DNA of 64,000 nt from an uncultured Candidatus Peribacteria bacterium (GCA_964344775.1 CAYFOO010000001.1:13087-77086); one strand, 5' to 3'. Positions 35,328 through 43,673 are shown, counted from the stretch's first letter. Translations and numbers: made by a program. Notes: generated from the letters alone by a model not told the origin.

Positions 35328-36863
35328 TTATTTTTTAACCACAGAATTGATCACCTCCAAATATGCTAAAATCGCCGCCCTCACAATATCACAATCCCCC
35401 ACTCGTGCGGTCAAAATTCGACCGTCATCAGTCTCCATCCGTACCTTTACGATCGCCTGTGCATCAAGCCCCGAAGTCACACTATCCATCTCGAAGTCGG
35501 TGAGTTTTCCGTGTTTGCCACAGAGTTCCTCAATTGCTTGATAGGCCGCATCGACCATCCCAGTTCCAGATTTTTCGGAAGTGACCGTTTTACCACTTTC
35601 GGTATTCTTCAAACTAACTTTTGCCTGCGGTGTCTGATCTTGACCAGAACTGACAGAAAAATCCACCAACTCCCAGAATCCACTTGGCTTTTTTTCACCC
35701 ATCAAAAATACGTCCAAATCTGCGTCCGTAATTTCCTTTTTCATATCCGCTAATTTTTTAAATTTCTCAAAAACCTCATTCAACTTTTCATCGGAAACTT
35801 GATAGCCAAGCTCATTCAAACGACTTTTGAGAGCTGCACGACCAGAATGTTTACCGAGCACGATTTCGGTTTTTTCGACTCCCACGGATTCAGGAGTAAG
35901 AATCTCATACGTTTCTTTGTGAGCCAACATTCCATGCTGATGGATTCCCGATTCATGGGCAAAGGCATTTCGTCCGACAATCGCTTTATTTGACTGCACT
36001 CTTTGTCCCGTGATTTGCTCAAGCAACTTGGAGGTTTTGTAGATCTCCGTAGTTTTGATCCCTGTCTCCAAATCATAAAAGTCCTTCCGAGTTCTCAAAG
36101 TCATCACCACTTCCTCCAGTGCCGCATTCCCAGCTCGCTCCCCTGCTCCATTGATCGTACACTCAATCTGTCGGGCTCCATTTTTGACTCCCGCGAGAGA
36201 GTTCGCTCCCGCAAGGCCCAAATCATTGTGACAATGAGTAGCAAAGATCACCTGGTCTGCATTTCGAACATTTAAAACTAAAAACCCTATCAATTCTCCA
36301 AACTCCTCCGGCGTGAGATATCCCACCGTATCCGGAATGTTGATGGTATCTGCTCCTGCTTCAATCGCCACTTCGATAATTTTTACGAGGAAATCACGAT
36401 CAGATCGTCCCGCATCTTCCGGAGAAAAATCCACTCGATCGCAAAGACTTTTCGCTAATTTCACGCCCTCCACTGCCATTTGCAAAACTTCTTCAGAAGA
36501 CTTCTTCAATTTGTATTCCATGTGGATCGGACTCGTCGCGATGAAGGTGTGAATCCGCGGTTTTTTGGCCAACTTCACTGCATCCCAGGCCGCTCGAATA
36601 TCCTTTTCTATTGTTCGTGCTAACCCACAAACTTCGGTAGTTTCCAAAGTCTTGGCAATCATCTCCACGGCTGCAAAATCATCCGGACTCGCTATCGGAA
36701 ATCCAGCCTCGATCACATCCACGCCCAGATTCTCCAGCTGCACAGCGAGACGAATCTTCTCTTCCAAATTCATAGAGAATCCCGGTGCCTGCTCCCCATC
36801 ACGCAGGGTGGTATCGAAGATTTTTACGTAATTATCGTTGTTCATAGTAGTTAAATTAGGCAA
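35328..36863 (-). CDS. leuA: 2-isopropylmalate synthase
   Basis: IFDTTLRDGEQAPG and HCHNDLGLA, plus a C-terminal LeuA regulatory domain. Confidence 0.92.
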   Translation of the reverse strand: MPNLTTMNNDNYVKIFDTTLRDGEQAPGFSMNLEEKIRLAVQLENLGVDVIEAGFPIASPDDFAAVEMIAKTLETTEVCGLARTIEKDIRAAWDAVKLAKKPRIHTFIATSPIHMEYKLKKSSEEVLQMAVEGVKLAKSLCDRVDFSPEDAGRSDRDFLVKIIEVAIEAGADTINIPDTVGYLTPEEFGELIGFLVLNVRNADQVIFATHCHNDLGLAGANSLAGVKNGARQIECTINGAGERAGNAALEEVVMTLRTRKDFYDLETGIKTTEIYKTSKLLEQITGQRVQSNKAIVGRNAFAHESGIHQHGMLAHKETYEILTPESVGVEKTEIVLGKHSGRAALKSRLNELGYQVSDEKLNEVFEKFKKLADMKKEITDADLDVFLMGEKKPSGFWELVDFSVSSGQDQTPQAKVSLKNTESGKTVTSEKSGTGMVDAAYQAIEELCGKHGKLTDFEMDSVTSGLDAQAIVKVRMETDDGRILTARVGDCDIVRAAILAYLEVINSVVKK

Positions 36864-37003
36864 TTTTTAATTTCCAATTTTTAATTTTTAAATAAATTTT
36901 AAATCTTAATTTTTAAGGTTTTATATTTTAGTGAAGTAATTTTAGTTTAAGATTTTAAAAATTAGAAATTATTTAAAAATTTGTGCTTAAAAATTAAAAA
37001 TTT
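36864..37003. repeat. AT-only composite heptamer repeat, copy C (empty site)
   Basis: CAATTTT TAATTTC CAATTTT TAATTTT TAAATAA ATTTTAA ATCTTAA TTTTTAA ..., ending in the 29-mer shared with copy A. Confidence 0.8.
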
Positions 37004-37007
37004 TCCC

Positions 37008-37069
37008 AAAAAATCGGCCTTTTTTGGCCGAGGTTCATCTTTTATTAATTTAGAAAAATCTACCTCGGC
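37008..37069 (-). promoter_or_regulatory. putative leu attenuator (antiterminator/terminator switch)
   Basis: GCCGAGG (37069..37063) is complementary to CCUCGGC (37033..37027). That segment overlaps the terminator stem UCGGCC-A6-GGCCGA (37031..37014), which is followed by U6 (37013..37008). Confidence 0.55.
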
Positions 37070-37116
37070 TCACGTACAAGTAACAACAGCAAGAAACCAA
37101 GTGTTAGATTTTTCAT
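37060..37116 (-). CDS. putative leucine leader peptide MKNLTLGFLLLLLVREPR
   Basis: 18 codons, 7 of them Leu and 5 consecutive. GGAG lies 4 nt upstream. The last codons form the 5' arm of an antiterminator that competes with a terminator hairpin just upstream of leuA. Confidence 0.55.
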   Translation of the reverse strand: MKNLTLGFLLLLLVREPR

Positions 37117-37124
37117 CTGTCTCC

Positions 37125-37152
37125 AGACTAGTGATTTAGCGTGTTTTGTCAA
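37125..37152 (-). promoter_or_regulatory. candidate promoter TTGACA-16-TAGTCT in front of the leu leader
   Basis: The -35 is at 37152..37147 and the -10 at 37130..37125. It would place the TSS at or within a few nt of the leader AUG. Confidence 0.35.
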
Positions 37153-37158
37153 ACAGGG

Positions 37159-37332
37159 TCACAATCCTAGGCGTAAAACATCATCTACTCCTCCAACAAT
37201 TATAACTCTTTCTGTTTCTGTTGCAGTCTTTTTTCTTGGGCTTTTTCCACTTACACACCCAAGTGCACACACATCTCTTACTACTTCTTTATAAAAACAG
37301 TCATCGCCACCTTTTTCTGCTTCTTCTGCCAT
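37159..37332 (-). CDS. possible unannotated 57-aa protein
   Basis: My own translation: MAEEAEKGGDDCFYKEVVRDVCALGCVSGKSPRKKTATETERVIIVGGVDDVLRLGL. It falls below the ORF-track size cutoff. Its composition is more protein-like than the competing plus-strand ORF 37221..37616. No domain recognised. Confidence 0.3.
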   Translation of the reverse strand: MAEEAEKGGDDCFYKEVVRDVCALGCVSGKSPRKKTATETERVIIVGGVDDVLRLGL

Positions 37333-37393
37333 TTTCAATTGTTTTAAAAAACTCTTGTTTTCCTAATTATATCAAACTTTTCTTCAACTTTTC

Positions 37394-37428
37394 CATCCCT
37401 ACAACTTACAACCTACAACTTTTACATT
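37394..37428. repeat. heptamer array CATCCCT ACAACTT ACAACCT ACAACTT TTACATT
   Basis: ACAACYT family. Confidence 0.75.
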
Positions 37429-37569
37429 CCACAATAAAACCACTCCCTCCGCCACCGATTTTTGTGTTTATAAAACACAAGGGGTATTTTTCCGAAAAAA
37501 GATTTGCACTCTTCATTTTTTCTTCTACAGTCGAAGTTAGTTCTTTTTTATTTCTTAATTTTATCAAAG

Positions 37570-38013
37570 ATGAACTCGTTGAACAAAGCTCAGATCATCG
37601 GAAACCTCACACGTGACCCTGATCTCAGGAAAACTCAGAACGACCAATCCGTATGTACGGTTGGGGTAGCCACTAACCGAAATTGGACGGACTCCAATGG
37701 CTCCAAGCATGAAGAAGCCGAATTCCACAATGTGGTTTGTTGGGGAAGATTGGCAGAAATCGTAGCCGAACGATTGAAAAAAGGCTCAAAAGTATTTTTT
37801 GAAGGACGCCTCAGAACTCGAAACTGGGAAGACGATGCCGGCATCAAACACTACCGAACAGAAATCGTGGCTGATGACATGATTATTCTTTCTCCCAGGA
37901 GTGGAGGAAGTGCTACTGGAGATGACAGTACAACAGAAAGCACGGAAGATAAACCAGTCAAAACAGAAGAACCACCCTCTGACGACATGCCGACGGACGA
38001 GGTGCCATTCTAA
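37570..38013 (+). CDS. ssb: single-stranded DNA-binding protein
   Basis: Start moved to MNSLNKAQIIGNLTRDP. OB-fold blocks and an acidic tail ending DEVPF. Confidence 0.9.
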   Translation: MNSLNKAQIIGNLTRDPDLRKTQNDQSVCTVGVATNRNWTDSNGSKHEEAEFHNVVCWGRLAEIVAERLKKGSKVFFEGRLRTRNWEDDAGIKHYRTEIVADDMIILSPRSGGSATGDDSTTESTEDKPVKTEEPPSDDMPTDEVPF

Positions 38014-38087
38014 TTTTGGTTTTCACCAGAAAAAACAAAGACTGCAGAGAGGGAGGCTCTGTGGTTTTTTGATGGTAAATTCTTGAG

Positions 38088-38215
38088 AAATTAGAAAATT
38101 TTTAATTTTGTAATTTTTAATTTTATAAATAAATCCTAATTTTTAATTTTTAAAAATAGCAAAAAACAGTCTCTAAGAATTTGACTTTAAAAATTTGAGC
38201 ATTAAAAATTCCTTA
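38088..38215. repeat. AT-only composite heptamer repeat, copy B
   Basis: Contains the exact 38-mer AAAATTTTTAATTTTGTAATTTTTAATTTTATAAATAA shared with copy A. Boundaries are approximate. Confidence 0.75.
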
Positions 38216-38263
38216 CAACTTACCACCTCCCACCTACAACTTTTTAAAAAACTAACAACTAAT
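38215..38263. repeat. heptamer array ACAACTT ACCACCT CCCACCT ACAACTT TTTAAAA AACTAAC AACTAAT
   Basis: ACAACYT family, immediately upstream of ndk. Confidence 0.75.
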
Positions 38264-38267
38264 TTCC

Positions 38268-38729
38268 ATGGAACAATCCCTCGTACTCGTAAAACCAGAT
38301 GCCGTCCAACGTGGTCTCATCGGAGAAGCACTTCACCGATTTGAACGGAAAGGGCTAAAAATTGTAGGACTCAAAATGATTCGCCTCAAAAAAGCCATTC
38401 TGCTCGAACACTACGCTCATGTAAAGGATGAACCTTTTTTTGCAGAACTATCACACTTCATGAGTTCCAGTCCTCTAGTAGCCATCTGCGTAGAAGGCAT
38501 TAACGCTGTTGAAGTAGTGAGAAAAATCTGCGGTGTAAAAAATACAGAATTCGGATCCATCCGCGGAGACTTTTCCGTTTCGAGCCAACGAAATCTGGTC
38601 CACAGCTCTGATTCGGTCGAAACCGCCAAACGTGAAGTGCCACGATTTTTTAGTACAGAAGAACTCTTCATATATGACAAAGATGAGTGGAAACAGGTGT
38701 ACAGTGAGGGGGAAAGAGAAAAAAATTAG
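38268..38729 (+). CDS. ndk: nucleoside-diphosphate kinase
   Basis: SLVLVKPDAVQRGLIGE and the active-site His context NLVHSSDS. Confidence 0.9.
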   Translation: MEQSLVLVKPDAVQRGLIGEALHRFERKGLKIVGLKMIRLKKAILLEHYAHVKDEPFFAELSHFMSSSPLVAICVEGINAVEVVRKICGVKNTEFGSIRGDFSVSSQRNLVHSSDSVETAKREVPRFFSTEELFIYDKDEWKQVYSEGEREKN

Positions 38730-38785
38730 TTTTTAGTTTTCTTGATTTATCTCTGTATTAGAAATTAAAAAATCGCTTATTTTAC

Positions 38786-38814
38786 TTGTTGTTAAAGCTT
38801 TTTTGTGATACAAT
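38786..38814 (+). promoter_or_regulatory. candidate promoter TTGTTG-17-TACAAT
   Basis: Upstream of the VirD4-like gene. It would leave a 5' UTR of about 120 nt. Confidence 0.35.
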
Positions 38815-38936
38815 GAATAGATTTATGTCTAAAGTTTTGTGGACAAACAATCTGCAATCATTGATCATACTTGTCGGCTGAAGTTTGTAACTATAGTTAA
38901 AACTAACGAAGGCTGAAATCTACAATTAAAAAATAA

Positions 38937-41762
38937 ATGGAAACAGTGAAAAATCTTCGGGACGCATTTGTAGGAGTCTACGGCACTATGCCGTGGTGGA
39001 TGTGGATTATTGTGATTGTTGGAGGTATCTTGATATTTCTTTTGGGAAGGTTCCTGCTCAGATACTGGCACCGTAGACATGAACGAAATCAACTTGTCCA
39101 CCTACGTGTCACACTCCCCCGAAGTGATTCTAAACTGGATCAAGAAAAAAGAACCGAAAAAGACTTCCGGGAACAAATTGGAAAGGCCGAGCAGTTTTTT
39201 CGAGCACTCCATGAGACACGAGAACTCAACCTCTACAATATCTGGATCAAACGAACTATCTGGAAAAAGCCCCAGCTTTCCTTTGAATTACAGTTTGAAA
39301 AACGAGAATTAAGCTTCGTGATTGTTTGTGACCCGTACTATCAAAAGATTATTGATAAACAGATTACTTCTTTTTATCCGGATGCAGAGATTGAACTACT
39401 AAAACCAGAGGAACAAATAAATCTAAAAACAGAAGGCAGCTACCTAAATGGTTATTATATGTACACGGAGAACCCGTATTGGTTTCCGATCCAGACGTAC
39501 AAAAAAATTGAAGACGATGCCATTAACGATCTGGCCAACTCTTTTTCCAAGCTCACAAAAGAAGAAAAAGCCGTGGTACAGTTTGTAATCCATCCGAAAT
39601 CAAAAAAATGGCAAAAAAAAGCCGAGAAAGTGGCGACAGCCCTCTTCAAAGAAAAAGACACTCCAAGTGGGATTTTTGCCATTCCAGTACTGGGATTTGT
39701 ACTTCGACTCATCTGGTTGCCGTTTAAAATACTAGTTCGAGGATATGATCCACAAACAGACACACTCTCCGGAGAAGAAAAAGATTCTGGCGGCATCGTT
39801 CGAATGCTTGCGAGCAAGGAAGAAACATACAAAGCCATGGGAGAAAAAGCCGCTCAGTCCGGATACGATGCTACGATCCGGGTACTCGCTTCATCTCCAG
39901 ACAAAGCTCGAGTTCAAGAAATTTTGAACGGAATTTTTGTGTCGTTTAACGTATTTAAATCAAAAGGATCGAATCTGTTTGAGAACCGAAGGATTATACC
40001 TCTCAACCTGATTAACGCCCCACTTATTCATCATAATTTTCGTCTTCGACTTTTCTCTTTTTTGGAGAAAAAAAATCTGCTTTGTTCGGAAGAATTAGCC
40101 ACCATGTTTCACTTCCCGGATTCACGGTACAACCGAATCCCTACGATTAAATGGCTCACGTACAAAGTGCTCCCTCCACCAATCGATCTGCCGAAAGAAG
40201 GAGTTGTACTCGGGAATTCGGTTTATCGAGGTATTACCAAACCTGTTCGATTTCTCCGAGACGATCGAACCAGACATCACTACTGTATCGGAAAATCTGG
40301 GTCTGGTAAATCCGTCCTCCTCTGGAATATGGCCGTTCAGGATATTAAAAATGGTGATGGCGTAGGACTGATCGACCCGCATGGAGATCTGGTAGATGAC
40401 GTACTCACCTGCGTACCAAAAGAACGAGCCAAAGATGTCATCGTTTTTGATCCAGGAGATATCCAACGCCCGATGGGCCTCAATATTCTCGAAGCCAAAA
40501 CAGAAGAAGAAAAAGACCGTGCCTCGCTCGATGCGATGGAGATCTTCATTAAACTTTTTGGAAATGAAATCTTCGGACCGCGTATCCAGCACTATTTCCG
40601 AAACGGATGTCTGACACTCATGGACGACGAAGAAGAAGGAGCAAGTTTGATCGATATCCCACGACTTTTTATCGATGATGATTATCAGCAGTATAAAGTA
40701 TCCAAAGTAAAAAATGTAATGGTACGAGCTTTTTGGGAAAACGAAATGGCACAGACCGGAGATCGAGAAAAACAAGAGATGATCCCCTACTTCACTTCAA
40801 AATTTGGACCGTTCGTCACCAACACAACAATGCGTAACATCATTGGACAAACAAAGTCATCTTTCAATATCCGAGAAGCCATGGATAATCGAAAGGTTGT
40901 TCTGATGAACCTATCCAAAGGTAAGATTGGGGATATCAATGCTCAGCTCCTCGGACTGATCCTGGTGGCAAGAATAAACATGGCTGCTATGGGACGATAT
41001 GATATTCCAAAGGAAGAACGTAAAGATTTTTTCTTCTACGTGGATGAGTTCCAAAATTTTGCCACGGATACCTTTGCCGCGATTCTTTCCGAGGCTCGTA
41101 AATACCGACTCTGTCTGATTATGGCTCACCAGTACATCGCCCAGCTCACCGAAGGAGAAGGTGGTGGTGGAGACACAAAAATTAGGGATGCCGTTTTTGG
41201 TAACGTAGGGACAATGATGAGTTTTAAGGTCGGTGCTGATGATGCGGAATATCTCGAAAAAGAATACTCTCCAACACTTTCTGCTCAGGATATTCTCAGT
41301 ATCGCAAACTACAAGGCCTACGTGAAACTGAATATCAAAAACACCACTTCTAGGCCGTTTTCGATGGAGACACTCTACGACCCAAGCATGAAAAATGAAA
41401 AAGTAGCCGAGGTGATCAAAAAATACTCTCGAATGAAATTTGGACGAAAGAAAGAATTCGTGGATGCAGAGATCGAAGCCCGAATGGGAGTAGGTGGTGG
41501 AAATAACGGTGGAAAAAACGTCATGAAACAGCTCGAAGGTGCCCCACCTATTGAAGCACAAATTCCTGCCAAAGAACCCCCTCCTACCGAAACTGAAGTT
41601 CCTCTCACTCTTGCAAACACCGTTTCACCACAAGAAGAACAAATCGTCGCTGAGGAAACTACGGAAAACGAATCAGAAACACCAAATACAGAACTAACCG
41701 AGACGGCAACAGAAACTCCTATCGCAAAAACAGAGGAAAAGAAAACAGAATCTGTGGGGTAA
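38937..41762 (+). CDS. membrane-anchored P-loop ATPase, VirD4/TraD/TraG (type IV coupling protein)-like
   Basis: N-terminal TM helix, Walker A CIGKSGSGKSVLL, Walker B FFFYVDEFQNF, then AHQYIAQL. The T/E/P-rich C-terminal tail has low complexity. Confidence 0.65.
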   Translation: METVKNLRDAFVGVYGTMPWWMWIIVIVGGILIFLLGRFLLRYWHRRHERNQLVHLRVTLPRSDSKLDQEKRTEKDFREQIGKAEQFFRALHETRELNLYNIWIKRTIWKKPQLSFELQFEKRELSFVIVCDPYYQKIIDKQITSFYPDAEIELLKPEEQINLKTEGSYLNGYYMYTENPYWFPIQTYKKIEDDAINDLANSFSKLTKEEKAVVQFVIHPKSKKWQKKAEKVATALFKEKDTPSGIFAIPVLGFVLRLIWLPFKILVRGYDPQTDTLSGEEKDSGGIVRMLASKEETYKAMGEKAAQSGYDATIRVLASSPDKARVQEILNGIFVSFNVFKSKGSNLFENRRIIPLNLINAPLIHHNFRLRLFSFLEKKNLLCSEELATMFHFPDSRYNRIPTIKWLTYKVLPPPIDLPKEGVVLGNSVYRGITKPVRFLRDDRTRHHYCIGKSGSGKSVLLWNMAVQDIKNGDGVGLIDPHGDLVDDVLTCVPKERAKDVIVFDPGDIQRPMGLNILEAKTEEEKDRASLDAMEIFIKLFGNEIFGPRIQHYFRNGCLTLMDDEEEGASLIDIPRLFIDDDYQQYKVSKVKNVMVRAFWENEMAQTGDREKQEMIPYFTSKFGPFVTNTTMRNIIGQTKSSFNIREAMDNRKVVLMNLSKGKIGDINAQLLGLILVARINMAAMGRYDIPKEERKDFFFYVDEFQNFATDTFAAILSEARKYRLCLIMAHQYIAQLTEGEGGGGDTKIRDAVFGNVGTMMSFKVGADDAEYLEKEYSPTLSAQDILSIANYKAYVKLNIKNTTSRPFSMETLYDPSMKNEKVAEVIKKYSRMKFGRKKEFVDAEIEARMGVGGGNNGGKNVMKQLEGAPPIEAQIPAKEPPPTETEVPLTLANTVSPQEEQIVAEETTENESETPNTELTETATETPIAKTEEKKTESVG

Positions 41763-41791
41763 TTTTTCACCCTCTTTACTACTTTATGTCA

Positions 41792-41812
41792 TCCCCAACT
41801 CGATTGGGGATC
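41792..41812. repeat. GC hairpin ATCCCCAA-CTCGA-TTGGGGAT
   Basis: Part of a ~110-nt GC-module cluster (41788..41905) that begins GTCATCC and ends CATGAC. Confidence 0.65.
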
Positions 41813-41917
41813 TATTTGTACGACTGTTCCAATAGATACCTGCTTTCCCCCTACGTAGTTTTGGGCAAAAAATCCCCAAACGGCGGACAGGTCTCAGGCA
41901 TGACAACAGTGATTTTC

Positions 41918-41973
41918 AATTCGTAATTCGTAATTTGTAATTGAAGATTGGTAATTGAATCACTGCTCACTCT
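41918..41973. repeat. heptamer array AATTCGT AATTCGT AATTTGT AATTGAA GATTGGT AATTGAA TCACTGC TCACTCT
   Basis: Runs across the stop and last codons of the NDP-sugar transferase. Confidence 0.8.
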
Positions 41974-43000
41974 CATGCAACCTCGTCCCTCGCCGCACGA
42001 GCTTCCGGTTGAGATCAAGTCCCTCGAAGTCACAACCCTCATCAATCACCGATTGCGAAATAATGCAGTTTTTTAATTTAACATTCGGATAAATGATCGA
42101 ATCCTGAATCCGACAATTTTGGATTTCTGAATCTTCCCCAATAAAAACCTTTCCAGAAAATTTATTCCCTTGATTTTGCCTGTCCGCCGTAGCCTTGGCG
42201 AAGGAGGAAGTTTTAAGTTTTGAGCTTTGAGCTAGTTTTAAATCCTCTTTTTGAAGTTTTCTATGTGCCTCCAGATACGTCTCAAAACTCCCCACATCAA
42301 ACCACTCTCCTCCTACTTTCACGGCTGATAATTTTTTTCCATGAGCTAAAAACTCGGTAAAAACTCCACCGAGAGAATCAGCCTCTTTCTGGGCAAAACT
42401 GTGCAAAATCGGCAATAAATCTTTCCCAATCCCAAAGAATCCAGTCGAAACTAAGTTCGATTTCGGATTCTCCGGCTTCTCCTCAAACCTCTTAATTAAA
42501 AAATCTTTTCTATTTTGATTTTTTAATTCCGCATTTCGCATTCCGAAATCCGAAATCTCCACCACTCCAAACTTCCGTGCTTCATATAAATCCTCCACCT
42601 CTCGCACCGCCACCTTTCCCTCTTTTTCTGAACAAAAAAGTTGATCAATATGTAATTCTGGAAGGAGGTTGTCTCCGGCAATCACCACCAGATTCTCATC
42701 AATAGAAAAATATTTGATCGCCATCGAAAGAGCTCCCACCGCCCCCAGTTTCTCCTGGTCTGAGTGGGCATCCTCACAAAAAATTTCTACATTCTTTCGT
42801 CCTAATTTTTCTAGCTCTTTTTGGAAATCGGCTTCAAATCTTTTGTTTGTAAGCAAAATCACCTCCAGGTCAGCTGGAACCTTCTCGAGAATATGTGTCA
42901 AAATCGTCTGTCCATCGAGAAGCAGGAGCGGCTTCGCTCGGTGCTCAGTCAGCGGCCACAACCGTGTCGCAAATCCGCCAGCTAAAATTAGGACTTTCAT
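41960..43000 (-). CDS. sugar-1-phosphate nucleotidyltransferase with C-terminal left-handed beta-helix, carrying repeat-derived insertions
   Basis: MKVLILAGGFATRLWPLT and an LbH-like C-terminus (IGEDSEIQNCRIQDSIIYPNVKLKNCII). The internal DFGMRNAELKN and KLKTSSFAKATADRQ segments are encoded by repeat modules. Confidence 0.8.
   Translation of the reverse strand: MKVLILAGGFATRLWPLTEHRAKPLLLLDGQTILTHILEKVPADLEVILLTNKRFEADFQKELEKLGRKNVEIFCEDAHSDQEKLGAVGALSMAIKYFSIDENLVVIAGDNLLPELHIDQLFCSEKEGKVAVREVEDLYEARKFGVVEISDFGMRNAELKNQNRKDFLIKRFEEKPENPKSNLVSTGFFGIGKDLLPILHSFAQKEADSLGGVFTEFLAHGKKLSAVKVGGEWFDVGSFETYLEAHRKLQKEDLKLAQSSKLKTSSFAKATADRQNQGNKFSGKVFIGEDSEIQNCRIQDSIIYPNVKLKNCIISQSVIDEGCDFEGLDLNRKLVRRGTRLHESEQ
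42178..42235. repeat. GC module GCCTGTCCGCCGTAGCCTTGGCGAAGGAGGAAG plus heptamers AAGTTTT GAGCTTT GAGCTAG, inside a CDS
   Basis: Translated as KLAQSSKLKTSSFAKATADRQ in the interdomain linker. Confidence 0.75.
42526..42560. repeat. heptamer array ATTCCGC ATTTCGC ATTCCGA AATCCGA AATCTCC inside a CDS
   Basis: Translated as EISDFGMRNAE, in the same frame as the RdgB C-terminus. Confidence 0.8.
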
Positions 43001-43045
43001 CTTCTCAACTTTATAACAAAAACAAAAAAATACAAATCCTTAGAA

Positions 43046-43071
43046 AGAGACGCACCAATGGCGGCGTCTCT
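43046..43071. repeat. hairpin AGAGACGC-(10 nt)-GCGTCTCT
   Basis: An intergenic member of the AGACGC-type palindromes. Confidence 0.6.
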
Positions 43072-43091
43072 ACAAAATTTGTATTTTTTTT

Positions 43092-43140
43092 CTAAAAACT
43101 AAGAACTAAAAACTAACAACTAAACTACTTCCACTTAATC
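43092..43140. repeat. heptamer array CTAAAAA CTAAGAA CTAAAAA CTAACAA CTAAACT ACTTCCA CTTAATC
   Basis: Reverse-complement family of TTAGTTN. It spans the redoxin stop codon. Confidence 0.75.
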
Positions 43141-43664
43141 GAACAGCCCATACTCCCCTCCTGTTCCTCCTCCGGAACAGATCCTCCGGACAAAATAGTT
43201 TCCAAAGCTTCCGCCAAATCTCGCTTCGTCACCGCAGACGCATCATCCCAACTGTCATCAATCCTCCCGTGATAGACGAGTTTCCGATCCGGATCGTAGA
43301 CAAAAATATCCGGTGTGCACACTGCTTGATATTCTTTTGCTACCACTTGAGATTCATCTCGCAGGTATGGAAACTTGATCGGCAGATTTTTCATGTTTTC
43401 AAAAGAATCATCCGGATAATTCACCGCATCATTGGGATTGATACCGATGAACTGTACCCCCCGATCTTTGAACGCTGCTGATAAATCATTAAGCCGATCG
43501 AGCACCGCTAACACATATGGACAGTGATTGCACATAAAAACCAAAACCAAAATCTTCGCCTCAGAAAAAGACTCCAGAGAATGATCCTGACCATCTATCC
43601 CGGGAAGATTGAAATCATGAGCAGAAGTACCGAGCAAACCCTCTTTTGAATGTAATAAAACCAT
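43125..43664 (-). CDS. thioredoxin-fold thiol-disulfide oxidoreductase (AhpC/TSA-redoxin family)
   Basis: 179 aa with LVFMCNHCPYV as the CxxC centre. Confidence 0.7.
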   Translation of the reverse strand: MVLLHSKEGLLGTSAHDFNLPGIDGQDHSLESFSEAKILVLVFMCNHCPYVLAVLDRLNDLSAAFKDRGVQFIGINPNDAVNYPDDSFENMKNLPIKFPYLRDESQVVAKEYQAVCTPDIFVYDPDRKLVYHGRIDDSWDDASAVTKRDLAEALETILSGGSVPEEEQEGSMGCSIKWK

Positions 43665-43673
43665 CTTTTTTTA

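Noticed and set aside
37221-37616. 131-aa plus-strand ORF upstream of, and overlapping, ssb
   Set aside because: It has F/L/H-rich low-complexity composition. It runs through the ACAACYT heptamer array and overlaps the true ssb start (37570).
40122-41561. Antisense ORFs of ~216 aa (40122-40775, 40911-41561) inside the VirD4-like gene, and similar long shadows (31142-31891, 26235-26960, 17292-17891, 51586-52209)
   Set aside because: Each lies opposite a frame with clear family motifs and has hydrophobic/Ser-Phe-rich shadow composition. They are treated as antisense shadow ORFs.
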